64,000 nt of DNA. Source: Octopus sinensis (taxonomy: Eukaryota). Numbering within the stretch: position 1 is the first letter of the stretch; each line of letters opens with the position of its first letter. A program made the translations under genes and the position numbers. A model generated the notes under the pieces. That model was given only the letters and a program-made list of their open reading frames with translations, was not told where the DNA came from and made no database searches. Shown piece by piece: positions 12,396-24,003 of the stretch. The DNA lies in NCBI RefSeq assembly GCF_006345805.1, contig NC_042997.1, positions 59,396,001 through 59,460,000 on the forward strand, in the 5' to 3' direction.

Positions 12396-13007
12396 ATGTT
12401 CTGGAGCTCGCCTATTCAAATAATTTGTTAAAAATAATAATGAAAGGTTGGTTAGACTTTAAAAAAAAGACATAATGATATATGTAATAATGAGTGCGCT
12501 TCCCAACCTGAGTAGTTTCTAAAATATCAGAACATTCAATCACTGAAGAAAAATCACTCAATGAAGACAAAAATAAACGTAAAAGAAGATTGAAAATTAA
12601 TTTTAAGCTCAGTGGCTATTTTGGGATGAGGATGAAAGAGTCAGTTACTTGATTGAAGGGATGTGTATTTTTGTCTTCTGAACAATAGAAGAAATGTGAT
12701 CATACAGGACGGCTTGAATGCCTTTGATCATTCATCTCCTCGTTCAGGGCTGGCCTGGAGCTAAACAAGCAACTGGACTAAAATAGACGCATATAAATTC
12801 TAAGTGGATGTTGATTAGCTCTCACAATATTGGTTTCTTTTGTGAATTAACCTTTATGTCAATGAAGGAGCTTCTCTATTCAATCTGCCGACCTACCTAC
12901 AAGAAATATCAGTGATTTTCCTTCAAATTCATTGAATGACTGTCTTGAGAAAACATAAAAAAAAAAGGAAGAGCACACTGGACAGAATAATCAGTGGTAT
13001 CTTTTAT

Positions 13008-13165
13008 TTTTTACTTGTTTTAGTCATTAGATTATGGCCATGCTGGGGTAATGCCTTCAAGAATTTTTAGTTGAATGAATTGAACCTAATACTTTTTTTT
13101 AAAGCCTGGTACTTGCCGAACCGCTAAGTTACAGGGATGTAAATACACCAACACCGGTTGTCAAG
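13008..13165 (-). mobile_element. SINE family A 3' part
   Basis: TTACTTGTTTTAGTCATTAG...ACCGGTTGTCAAG. Confidence 0.8.
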
Positions 13166-13199
13166 ACATGTAAAAGGCTTATATGTGGACATTATATAA

Positions 13200-13560
13200 T
13201 ATAAAAAGCAGGTTCTATCTGTGATCTTGGGGGGTGGGGTCCAAAAACGTAGCAAATGTTTTGCCATACGTGGATATGACCCAAAAAGTTCAGTTCTTGA
13301 ATTCAGACATGTAGCGGGGTATAAAGAACTTTTCCAGATAAGCCATCTTTCCATATCGCAAAAACCACACTTTCCACTGCCATTAGTGTAAGGCTTACAC
13401 TTGGCCAAGATCTTCCAGTGAATCTTAGAGTTGACACCTTTTTCTTTTAAGGACCATATATAACTAGATAATTTGGTTTTTTCCTTTTATCCCAGTGTCT
13501 GAAGCTTTAAATTTTCCCTATTGGAGTAATTATAACCCTTTATTTAACGTTTTTTCCCAT
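13200..13560 (-). pseudogene. Penelope-like element GIY-YIG C-terminal fragment (Hydra-clade-like)
   Basis: LSSYIWSLKEKGVNSKIHWKILAKCKPYTNGSGKCGFCDMERWLI...CLNSRTELF fits the WxIL...Y.....C.LC..E...I...LN.R.E pattern. Confidence 0.8.
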
Positions 13561-13738
13561 ATATACACACACATATATACATACATACATATATATATAT
13601 ACATACATACATACATATATATATATACATACATACATATATATATTATATATACATACATACATATATATATATATACATACATACATATATATATATA
13701 TTATATATATATATATATATAATATATATATATATATT
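13560..13738. repeat. (TA)n/(TACA)n microsatellite
   Basis: Seen directly. Confidence 0.95.
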
Positions 13739-13957
13739 TATAAAATGAGATAGGGGTTGAAAATTCAACCCACCATGGGATAACATATATCCAATATACT
13801 GCTAGAGAGGTACCCAACAAGACTAATACATAAATGTTAAAAATTGCCAAGCAATTAGTCCATCTACTGTATTATATGGGCAAAGGTAAAAATATTACCG
13901 TAAATTAATTCTACAAAATTAGAAAATTAGAAAATGGAGTTCTCCATTTTCTAATTT

Positions 13958-14003
<46 letters not shown>

Positions 14004-14004
<1 letters not shown>

Positions 14005-14604
14005 TAGCTGGTGTACTCGGTAATTCCTGGGGCTAAAGATGTTCTATTGAAGCACTTTATTACTCTGATACAGGAAAGCAATTATTTTGCTTAGCGAAGG
14101 CATCTGGGAAATGTATAACTGCTGTCATTGACAGAAAAACTATTGTTTTACCGTGAGAAAAGCGCTGTTGGAGAATTAAGTGAAATTTGGCAATGAGGAT
14201 CGAATCTACGCTATGCCTTCATGATATGTTGTGGAATAAAAAAAATTATCTACTGTCATGGAAAAAGTGTAACTATAAAAATGCAGAATTATCAGATTAA
14301 TGGGTATTCAAAAAAGTATGTATGTATAGAAATGTATGAATGAAGTCTTTAAGGTTTAACATTCAAATCAAGGAAGTGCAATAATAATGTTTAGCAATTA
14401 TCAAGGAAGTGCAATAATAATGTTTAGAAGTTCAAAATTGAGTAGTGAAATGCAGAATTAGGTTGGCTGATCGTGAAAATCAAATATTGATCACTTCGCT
14501 AAAAACTGCAGGTGGTATGTGTTATTTTCCTTAGGTTGTTTAAATAAAATATTAGTAATACGTAGTAGATAGAAGGATCCATTGACGGGATAAATACATG
14601 TAAG

Positions 14605-14610
<6 letters not shown>
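14004..14610 (-). mobile_element. Possible non-autonomous Helitron
   Basis: Minus strand ends GCCCCAGGAATTACCGAGTACACCAGCTAG followed by T, with (TA)n on both sides. No 5' TC identified. Confidence 0.4.
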
Positions 14611-14635
<25 letters not shown>

Positions 14636-15169
14636 TAGAGGGAAACCACTATGTGGACACCCTTATGCTAGAAATAGATCCGCTATGTTCTTACCACTAA
14701 GAAATGTTCTCAAGAAAAATTTAGCAAAACAACCAGAACGTAATCAAGCAAGACAAAAGAAAAGCAATAAAATTATGGATTATTCACATACATGTTTCAC
14801 TATCACCATGTTACGTAATTTTACTTGAGTAAGATGTCCGTAGATCTTCGGTGTGACCGTCCAAATGAATATAATTTGCAGAACTGCATACTATGACGTC
14901 CACACAAAGTCAGAATTGTAAATAGTTCTACCCATTACACTCGTGGTTACTATTCAAATGTCCTCGTTTTGGCGCGCTAAATTACCGGAAAAAATGATGT
15001 TGCAGAAAATAATTTACAGCAGTGACCTTTGCCGGTTAGAGAACGTATTAATTTAAATTTAATTTTACTGAGCCTTCAGTTTTTTTATATGCTAGACCAC
15101 TGGTGTGAAATCGATATTAATTAAATTAATATCTAATTTCTCACCCTCATTTTAAATTTAAATTAATAA

Positions 15170-15393
15170 AGACCAACCTGGCAAAACATGTCTGGGAATT
15201 GAAAGAAAATGAAACCCGTCCGTTCAATGTGACATGGAAAATTTTAGATAAAGCATCAGCTTACAGACATGGTCCTCATAAAAGGCCCATCAAATGTGAT
15301 TTATGCCTTTCGGAAAAACTCTTTATTTTATTCCAGGACAATAGCGCTTTGAATCAAAGACGCGAACTCCAGCAAGCACGCAATAAAATTTAA
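15170..15393 (+). pseudogene. Penelope-like element GIY-YIG C-terminal fragment
   Basis: TNLAKHVWELKENETRPFNVTWKILDKASAY...KCDLCLSEKLFIL...LNQRREL. Confidence 0.8.
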
Positions 15394-15975
15394 AATGTCA
15401 GCTGACAAAATACTATATGGATAGTATATATTTTTTGAATCTTGAACTGGTTTCCAATACCACTGTTGAATTCGTGTTTTGTAGTATATGGTTGTTTCGC
15501 ATTGCAACGATATTGTATGTATTTCAACGTATTCATTAAGAAAGCCTTTGGCTGTTAATTATTTTCAAGTTTAAGCTTTTATTATTTTATTTTATTGTAT
15601 TTTACGAACCTATTTAATTGTTATATTTATAGATAATTCTATGCGTGGTGCTGCATTTTGTAAATATCTTTTATCCGATTTTATTATATACACAGCAATT
15701 TTTAAAAAAGTTGTTTGAATATATACGTTGGGATCTACATGTGTTTTTATGTGGATGCGTGTATTGTAGGCACGCGTATATATTTGTATCTGTGCGTCTG
15801 TGTAGGTGTGTAAGTTTACGTGTATGTTCATATTTACGTACATAGTACATGGACGTATATGTATACGTGTATACACTTACATTTGTGTGAATATGTATTT
15901 GCGTACGTATTTGTGTATATTTATATACATAATCACATATATGTGCATTTGTATGTTAATATATACTTATGTATA

Positions 15976-16028
<53 letters not shown>

Positions 16029-16265
16029 GTAATTTTATTTTATGCGAAAGTTCGTTACACATATTTCCTGATCTATTTCTCTTTCTTTTCTTACTCAAAG
16101 TATCTTTCCTCTTCCTACTGGATACATTGCTAGCGCCTTTAACAAACTTCTTTTTTTTTCTCCTTTTCTTCTTTTTCTGTTTCATTCGCTAATTTTGCTT
16201 ACCTACGCTTAAGGTATACTTTCTATTTCTCTCGTGTGTAATAACTGTCCTGTATATGTATACAT

Positions 16266-16712
16266 CAGACTCGCTACCAAATGCAGATTGGTGAATGCAA
16301 TTGTCTTCCCAATAGCAACATATGGATGCAAGACCTGGACACCAAAGAAAGCTGACCAGAAGAGAATTAATGCATTCGAGCTTTGGTGTTGGAGAAGACT
16401 TTTACGGATTCCATGGACAGCGAGGCTCACCAATGGAGAAGTTCTTAAGCAGATCAGGCCGAAAATGTCACTAGAAGCTAAGATCACCAAGCATAGATTG
16501 GCATATTTCGGTCATATTATGCGGAGAAAATCCCTGGAGAAGGACATCATGCTCGGAATGGTCAGTGGCAAGAGAGGAAGAGGCCGACCAAGAACCCGCT
16601 GGCTTGACACCATCAAGAGTGATACCGGAATGGACATAGCCAATCTGAAAGAAGCAGCCCGGGATAGAACTGACTGGAGGACACTGATCCAACGAGTAAC
16701 CGAGAGTCATAG
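16266..16712 (+). pseudogene. RTE-BovB-like LINE C-terminal ORF fragment
   Basis: VFPIATYGCKTWT...AFELWCWRRLLRIPWTAR...YFGHIMRR...LEKDIMLG...GRGRPRTRWLD. These are hallmark BovB-type motifs, and the frame is open throughout. Confidence 0.9.
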
Positions 16713-17177
16713 ATAGATATGTATACACTAAGAAGTTTTGCACGCGTGCATGTATGCGTACATATATGTATATATCTATGTCATGTATATATATGTATAT
16801 AACTATGTACATGCATCTATGTATTTTGGTGTGTGTATATATATATAGATATACTATAGGTGGTCTAGTATGCGTATATACTGCTGAAAAAATATCTATG
16901 TAATACAGCGTGAAAAATTTTAATTTTAATGTATTAATTGACTTATATTTAGTATATAATTATTTACCATATGTATTTGGAATCTGTCCTTCGATTTAAG
17001 ATTTTCTTCGATTTTACAATAGAATGAATTTATACTGAATTTATTTTCTTCATTGCATGCTTAAGACCGTTGAATGGACCAATGAAACAAAACCATTTTC
17101 AAAGGTGTATCCGTTAAACTAGTTTGTTTTTTGTTTTTGCTTGATTATATCGTCATTTCTGTTCCATTCTAACAAAA

Positions 17178-17215
17178 CTGTCAGACGAACGGGAACGTGA
17201 AACTCTGTGTAATAG
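17178..17215 (+). ncRNA. Minimal type I hammerhead motif, family HH-B (degenerate)
   Basis: CTGT-CAGACGA-ACG GGAA CGT-GAAA-CTCTGTG-TA-ATAG. Homologous to the 27137-27227 copies. Confidence 0.6.
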
Positions 17216-17244
17216 TTTTTGTGATATTTCTGCTACTTTTAAAT

Positions 17245-17279
<35 letters not shown>

Positions 17280-17463
17280 CATGCATATATATATATATAT
17301 AGATAGATAGATACATGCATATATATATATATAGATAGATACATGCATATATATATATACATGCATATATATATATATACATACATACATACATACATAC
17401 ATATACATACATACACGTACATACATGTATATATAAAAATATATGTACGTCTGTCTGTCTCTG

Positions 17464-17499
<36 letters not shown>

Positions 17500-17500
17500 A
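17245..17500. repeat. Compound microsatellite (CA/TA/TAGA/TACA/CT)
   Basis: Seen directly. Confidence 0.95.
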
Positions 17501-18561
17501 TTTTGGTATACATAGTATGTATGTATAAGAAAACTCGTAAAAGATCACCTGATGATTTTATTAACGGAAAGTACATCTTGCAGGCAAAAAGCACGGCTTG
17601 CCAACCAACCATCATTATACCTCCTTATAGAGCGCGGGTGTGCACAGAACAAGCCAGCCAGCCAGCCAGTCACATACACACCAATAACCACACACACTAT
17701 TTCCCCCACCCTCTCTCTGTATGTACCCGTTCTCACGTTTTTATTCCACGATGGTAAGTTGCAATTAACTAGAGAGAAGGTGTATCAGCAGGTAGTCGGT
17801 CTTTTTCCAATACGCACGCCTATATATCTTGCTAATTCCAAGGCGAAACGGTGATGACTCATGTAATCATTGCTTATTGGCTGAGAAAAGAAGCACGAAA
17901 CAACAGCAGCAATAAGGGAGAAGATAAGAGAGAGATTTTGCAATCATGAGGAAGAAGCATCGCAAAGCCAAACTCTACCGAGTAGTTTTCCCTTGATTTA
18001 TATATGTACATACGAACGTACATACATACATACAAGTGGATACGTGCGCTTGTTATTTTACAGTTTTTGTTATAAGCATATATAATTAATTTCTTATCCT
18101 GGCACGGAGCCACACATTTTGAAGGAGGGCATAGTGGTTGATTATATCAACACCAGTATTTGGCTGAACGTTATTTAATCGACGCCGAAAAGGCGAAAGG
18201 CAAAATTGACCTCGCTTGTATTAACATTGTGAGCATAAAAAAACTCTAACTTAAACCCCGCAGGCATTTTGTTCAATGGTCGTAATTTCCCATTTGATGT
18301 TCGAAAAATCATAATGGTTCAAAAACGTTTATTTCAATAAATCATTTCATAATTCTAAGTGGTACACACTACGAACAGCGAGTAAAAAGGGATGAAAAAT
18401 GTTAAATTATTTTGAATAGAGTTTCCCCCCTGGGCACATGTGACAATTCTTCGACAATCCACGGCGGGTACCTCAATACGTGTCACTGAAGCTAACAAAG
18501 ATCGAGCCAGTATCGTAATTGCATGCTTTTCATTATTATCTGCTGATCTGTAGGTATTTGG

Positions 18562-18770
18562 GCGGCGAGCTGGCAGAAACGTTAGCACGCCGGGCGAAAT
18601 GCGTAGCCGTATTTCGTCTGCCGTTAGGTTCTGAGTTCAAATTCCGCCAAGGCCGACTTGGCCTTTCATCCTTTCGGGGTCGATAAATTAAGTACCAGTT
18701 ACGCACTGGGGTCGATGTAATCGACTTAAACCGTTTGTCCTCTCTGTGGGTAGTAAAGAAATAGGTATTT
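18562..18770 (+). mobile_element. SINE family B
   Basis: Near-identical to 7533-7762. TAGGTATTT occurs at both 18551-18559 and 18762-18770. Confidence 0.9.
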
Positions 18771-19009
18771 CGTTGGGATTCACAATAAAATGAGGAGAAG
18801 CAGGGCGTCCACGAAACCGAATTGAAATGAGATTGAAACTAAAACAAATTCGATTTTATGAACGTCAAATAGGAAGTTACTCAACGGTCTACTGATCCCG
18901 CCAATCAACTAGTCGTTGTGTGTTTCTTTCGTGTTTTGATACTTCTTTCGCAATGTCTCCATATTCTTGCACATAAAACATTGTTATTTATAAAATCGGG
19001 CGAAGTCTT

Positions 19010-19370
19010 ACAGCTTTTCATTGGACTGCGGCCATGTTGGAACATCGCTTTGAAGGGTTTAGTGAAGCAAATCGACTCCAGTACATATTCTATCAGTCTC
19101 TTTTGTCGATCCGCTAATTAACGGGGACATAAACAAACGAACACCAGTTGTCAAGCAGTGTTGCGGAAGAAACACAAACACGAAGACCCACATCACACAC
19201 ACACGATAGGGCTGTCATACAGTTTCCGGCAACAAAATTCATTCACAAGACATTGGTCGACCCGGGACTATAGTAGAAGAAAGACACTTGCCGAAGATGC
19301 CGCACAGTGAAACTGAACCCGAAACTACGTGGTTTCAAAGCAAGCATCTTAATTTCACAGCTATGCTTGT
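19010..19370 (-). mobile_element. SINE family A, diverged
   Basis: Collinear similarity to 5941-6352. Confidence 0.8.
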
Positions 19371-19414
19371 GAGTTAAAAAATCTTCGACCAACTAAGATA
19401 ACCTAAACACTTAC

Positions 19415-19722
19415 GATAAGCGCCGCCCTTTTCAAGCCTAGCCAGACTCATGGGCCCGGTTTCCCGGTTTCTGTGGCGTATGTGTTCCCCCAGCTGGACG
19501 GGACGCCAGTCCATCGCAGCGTTACTCAAGAAACAGGAAGAGAGAGTGAGAGAAAGAAGTGGCGAAAGTGGACAACAGGGGTCGCCATCACCCCCTGCAG
19601 GAGCCTCGTGGAGCCTTTAGGTGTTTTCGCTCAATAAACACACAAAACGCCCGGTCTGGAAATCGAAACCGCGATCCTCCGACCGCCAATCCACTGCCCT
19701 AACCACTGGGCCATTGCGCCTC
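19415..19722 (-). mobile_element. tRNA-derived SINE family C1 with 15-bp TSD
   Basis: Head GGCGCAATGGCCCAGTGGTTAGGGCAG. TSD AACCTAAACACTTAC at 19400-19414 and 19723-19737. Confidence 0.92.
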
Positions 19723-19999
19723 AACCTAAACACTTACTACATGCAAAAACTTTACCTAGCCACGTTTAAAATCTAAAAGACTAGCAAGCAAGGAAGATAA
19801 TCCCATTAGAATCAACTGATCGAAAGTTTTGAACAATATAGACAATGACATGAACATGTTTAAAAGCGGCTTCATGAGAGATACGACGGTTAACGCAGTA
19901 ATATATGAAGAGGATATTCGCCCGGGGTCGATAAAATAAGTACCAGCTAAGCACTCCCCTCAAAAACTGCTGGCTCTGTGCGAAAGCTTGAAACCATTA

Positions 20000-20175
20000 A
20001 GGTGGTGATCTGGCAGAACTGCTAGCAGGCTGGAAAAAAATTGTTTAGCGGCATTTCTTCTGATTCTTTGCGTACTGTGTTCAAATTCCTCCGAGGTTAA
20101 CTTTGCCTTTTATCCTTTCAGGGTCGGTAAAATAAGTACCAGCTGGACACTAGGGTCAATGTAATCGACTTAACA
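20000..20175 (+). mobile_element. SINE family B, diverged
   Basis: CTGGCAGAAC...TTTGCCTTTTATCCTTTCAGGGTCGGTAAAATAAGTACC. Confidence 0.8.
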
Positions 20176-21022
20176 CCTGCCAAAATGCGAAATCAATATT
20201 GGCACATGGTTGACATTTTGGGAAGGGTTTGCCGTCCATTAAATCGACAACAGTAGTTAACTGGTACTTCTTTCATCGACGAACAGATATTAAATGTCTC
20301 GTCCTCGAAAAGAAATTGGCTTACATTCCAGGTAGGCACTCTTAGAGCAGAGTATCGTGAAGATGAACACATTTGTAAAAGTTAATGTTTGGTCTTAAAA
20401 GTTGGAGGTAAATTTGATGGATCTTTTCAATTTGATGGCCAGATTTTTTTATGAATTTTTAAAACTAAACACATTGAAACTTCGGATACTGGTAGACTGT
20501 GTCACATAGAACGAATTTAATTGCAAAAACAACACATAAATAGAAACCCAAAAGATAATGTTTGGTACTGCTAGAAGAAAGGTACAAACAGTTGTGAAGA
20601 TTTTTCAATAAAAATATAACATCAGAATAGATAGTTTTCTTCTGACAGCGTGGTAAGAAGCTTGCCTCCCAACCACATGGTTTCAGGTTCAGTCCCACTG
20701 AAATGGTGGAATATCGGATTAAATTTATAGCTGTACTTAGTTCTGCTTCTTTATATTCTGAATTCAAATCGTGTCGAAGTCACCTTTCATCTTCTTGAGA
20801 ATTGATGAAATGAAGAGCCGGTCATATACGTACATGTATGTGGATGTACATATATGTATAAATGCACACACACACACACACACACACACAGACATAAATA
20901 ACAAAAGTGACAAGGCTGCATAGTTAAGTGTAAAATTACGTTTGATAAACACGTTTCGTACTCTTGTGAAAATATAAACTGCGGAGAAACCACAGGGAAT
21001 TAGGTAGTCAAGAGCGAATATT

Positions 21023-21062
21023 TCCCAACTAGTTTCCTGTTTCTCGATACTCATCAGGGATT
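21023..21062 (-). ncRNA. Minimal type I hammerhead motif, family HH-D copy 1
   Basis: Minus strand TCC-CTGATGA-GTATCGAGAAACAG-GAAA-CTAG-TT-GGG. Palindromic stem III AACTAGTT. Stem II partly decayed. Confidence 0.65.
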
Positions 21063-21325
21063 GCTTACCTTACCACTGAAATTTCGAAGTTAAGAAGAAT
21101 AATTTTTCTCAAAAACATATATCAACTACTACTGTTATAAAAAAAAATTACACAATAACACAAGGTTTACAACGACCAGGATTTCATGATAAAGTACAAA
21201 TCAGTGTAGCTATGAATAAACATATATACAGAAATTACACACGAGTTGCTCAGCATGTGCACGCGCAAGAGTGTGATCTTGCTGTGAAAATATAACTCGA
21301 GAACAAGCTACAGAGAAGGAGAGTC

Positions 21326-21364
21326 GTCCAAATCGTTTCGTATTTCTTTATATTCACCAGGATA
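21326..21364 (-). ncRNA. Degenerate hammerhead motif, family HH-D copy 2
   Basis: Minus strand TC-CTGGTGA-ATATAAAGAAATAC-GAAA-CGATTTGGA, at the same position in a ~300-bp diverged repeat. Confidence 0.45.
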
Positions 21365-21671
21365 ACTTCGCTTCTTATCTGCCGAAGTTAAGAAAAACGT
21401 GAACAAACTGTCATTGAGAAATTTACATATAATAATAGTACGACGTTAACACTCTTATACGATTTCCATACGAATATTTATAACCACACTGCGTTAGTAA
21501 TATTATCAAATCCTAACCATCATCATAAGTTGTGCGATTTTCATTCTCGTCTGGCAAAGTGCCTATAGTCTATCCACAGCTTTTATTTTTCAGAATGACT
21601 ATAACCCTAACCATGAACACAACCTTAAAATCTCTGACCAATAATTAATTAATATATATATATGTATATAT

Positions 21672-23278
21672 AAAGAAATGGAGTTAAACGCCGGTGTTAT
21701 TCAAATCCTTATACTTCCGACATATGTTTCGAAGAAAACATTGGTATTATTCCTGAGGGAATAAAATGATGTAAAACAATGTAATCATCTCATCAGGGAT
21801 AAGAGAAACAAAACACATCAATAAGCCATTTTAACAGAATGTGAATACCGCTTAAATAAAGCTTAAAGGCGTGTAAATAGATATATGTAGTGGAAATTAT
21901 AGGAACTAAAGGTATGTTTTTGCCAATTTTTGCAACAATAAACACGCTCTTTAAACGTGTTTAGAAGAGAATTCTCCGAGAACAGAATGAGATACTGTTC
22001 TTCGTTATAGAGCGGATATACCTTTATCATATAAAAAGGATCTAGATAGAATATTCCATTCTAAATCAAATTGTTTATGTTCCTTAAGAGACCAAATTAA
22101 TTTACTAAGCCCAGTATTGTCGCGTTTATTGATATGTCTAAATATAGAGTAATGGTTAGATATTTTTGGACAACTGTGTAAAAAAAAAAGACATCAGAAC
22201 CGGAAGTAATTTTACTTTGATAAACAGAGTTTCTAGTCTTAGAATTACTGATAAGGAAACGAATGCGATTGGAATTTGTATCAGAAATACTAATATTGTT
22301 GCTATTATTGTTCAAAAAATGGGTAGTGTTAATATGAATGTTATTTTCATTAAGTGAATTTGTATTTAACAGCGGTGCATCAGCATGGCCGCAGCTCTGA
22401 GCTGAAACAAGAAAAACGAACTTATTTTTATGCGAAGAGATGATTTTCGAAAGGTTTTTGGTGTGAATTGATAATGGAATGGTATCTTGAATTTTGTGGG
22501 AAATTCTTATCTATAGCTTCACGAAAGTGGTAAGGGAGGTTGGATTTGATCTGCTTACCATATGGAATTATCAACCAAACAGTTTTACTAGGACAGACTT
22601 TGTTATTAAGGTAATTATCTTTAAAAATCCTGTATTTATTTTTATAACGTAACAAAGGTCTTAAAGAACGGTTATCTCCCTTTCGCTGCAAAATTACTTT
22701 TTTAGATTTAATGTTGTTATTCGAACTAAAATTTATATTGCTATTACCGTTGTGGCGTGTTTTCATGTTCTGATTAATAGAGGTAGAATTAATGTCAATA
22801 GGGTTAGTATAGGTAATTTTTTCTGTATAACCTGCTTTAAGTAAGGCAGAGTTATAAAATTCGGCTTTATCTTTGAAGATATCAACATTGGCAGGTAATC
22901 TAGAAAGTTTAAGTGAAATATTTCTAACTAAATTCCTTGTAATAGCCTTTGGGTGATTACTGAAAGAGCTAATATATTTTAAATTAGTTGAGGGTTTATG
23001 GTATGGGAAATATGAATCATTATGTAAGTTAAGGGTAATATCCAAAAAGTTGGCTTTAGTTATATCATCGTCGAAAACAATGCTTAAGCCCATGTTTCGG
23101 AAAAATTCAACCAACCTATTTTAACCCTTTGTAATTTTTGGTTAGAAATATTTTGAAGGCAGAGTAGACAATCGTCACGATATAGACCTTCATTGATGTT
23201 TGGGAATTGATCAACCATCTCATAAAGGATATATATACCGACCAACTCAGCCAATGGTGCTGAGTCAGAACTTACCAT
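21672..23278 (-). mobile_element. Penelope-like retroelement (Hydra-clade-like RT), 5'-truncated and disrupted, with pseudo-LTR
   Basis: GLYRDD, NFLDITLNL...FPYHKP...YISSFSNHP and YNSALLKAGY. A C-terminal remnant EEQYLILFSENSLLN lies near 21950-22010, with the hammerhead downstream. Confidence 0.88.
21715..21800 (-). ncRNA. Type I hammerhead ribozyme with extended stem II (Penelope pseudo-LTR)
   Basis: Minus strand TCC-CTGATGA-[stem II with ACATTG/CAATGT and TTATTCC-CTCA-GGAATAA]-GAAA-CATATG-TC-GGA. Intact core, GUC site, palindromic stem III ACATATGT. Confidence 0.85.
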
Positions 23279-23927
23279 CGTGACGAACTGTGGGCCGGAA
23301 GACTTTCTGATTTTTAGTAGTGCAGTCCATCCGACGATGATCCATGTCTCATGCGGCTCGCTTCTCGAAAAGATTACCCGTGCCTACAATCCAACACCAC
23401 TGTCTAGGCTCCATACCATATATTCCAAATCTGGCTTTGAAAGTTATCATAGAATCAACAATTCACATTTCTTATTCTTCACCCTGATTTTATGATAACG
23501 ACTGTCAGTTACTGGAGTTCTAAATCTTACGTTGTTATTTCTCTTAATTCATTTGATGTTTCTGCCGCTCATTGGACTCCTTAAGTTACCCGTTGTTATT
23601 CAACTATCTCTTATCCTTCCTTGAGGGCATCATATTTTGCTTATCGCTCTCCTTTCTTTTCATCTAAATCATCACCCTTGAAGACTGTAATGCTACTTAC
23701 TCTTCTTCAAAAGGAGGCTGAAACATTCTGTAATATCGTTTCCAGAACACAAGACGGGACGGTCATGGCCTGATTGCTGTTGGTTATTGGTATACTTAGT
23801 GAAAGCTAATAAAGGTAAGAGCTCTAAAACTATTCTCGCATAGACGCTAATGGCGTAGAGGCAGATCGTTTGCAATTCTGAATTAATTACAGTTATAACA
23901 CCATTTAGTATTCGCAGCCGCCCACAT

Positions 23928-23931
<4 letters not shown>

Positions 23932-24000
<69 letters not shown>
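23932..24000. repeat. Pure (CA)n microsatellite
   Basis: Seen directly. Confidence 0.97.

Positions 24001-24003
<3 letters not shown>

Noticed and set aside
15398-15430. CTGACAA followed by hairpin ATACTAT/ATAGTAT after a PLE ORF end
   Set aside because: Possibly a hammerhead relic, but GAAA and stem III are missing.
17545-17580. CTGATGA...GAAA hammerhead-like core
   Set aside because: No convincing stem I, II or III pairing.
23290-23395. Short repeat also present inverted at ~29548-29605
   Set aside because: Probably an end fragment of a DNA transposon, but too short to classify.
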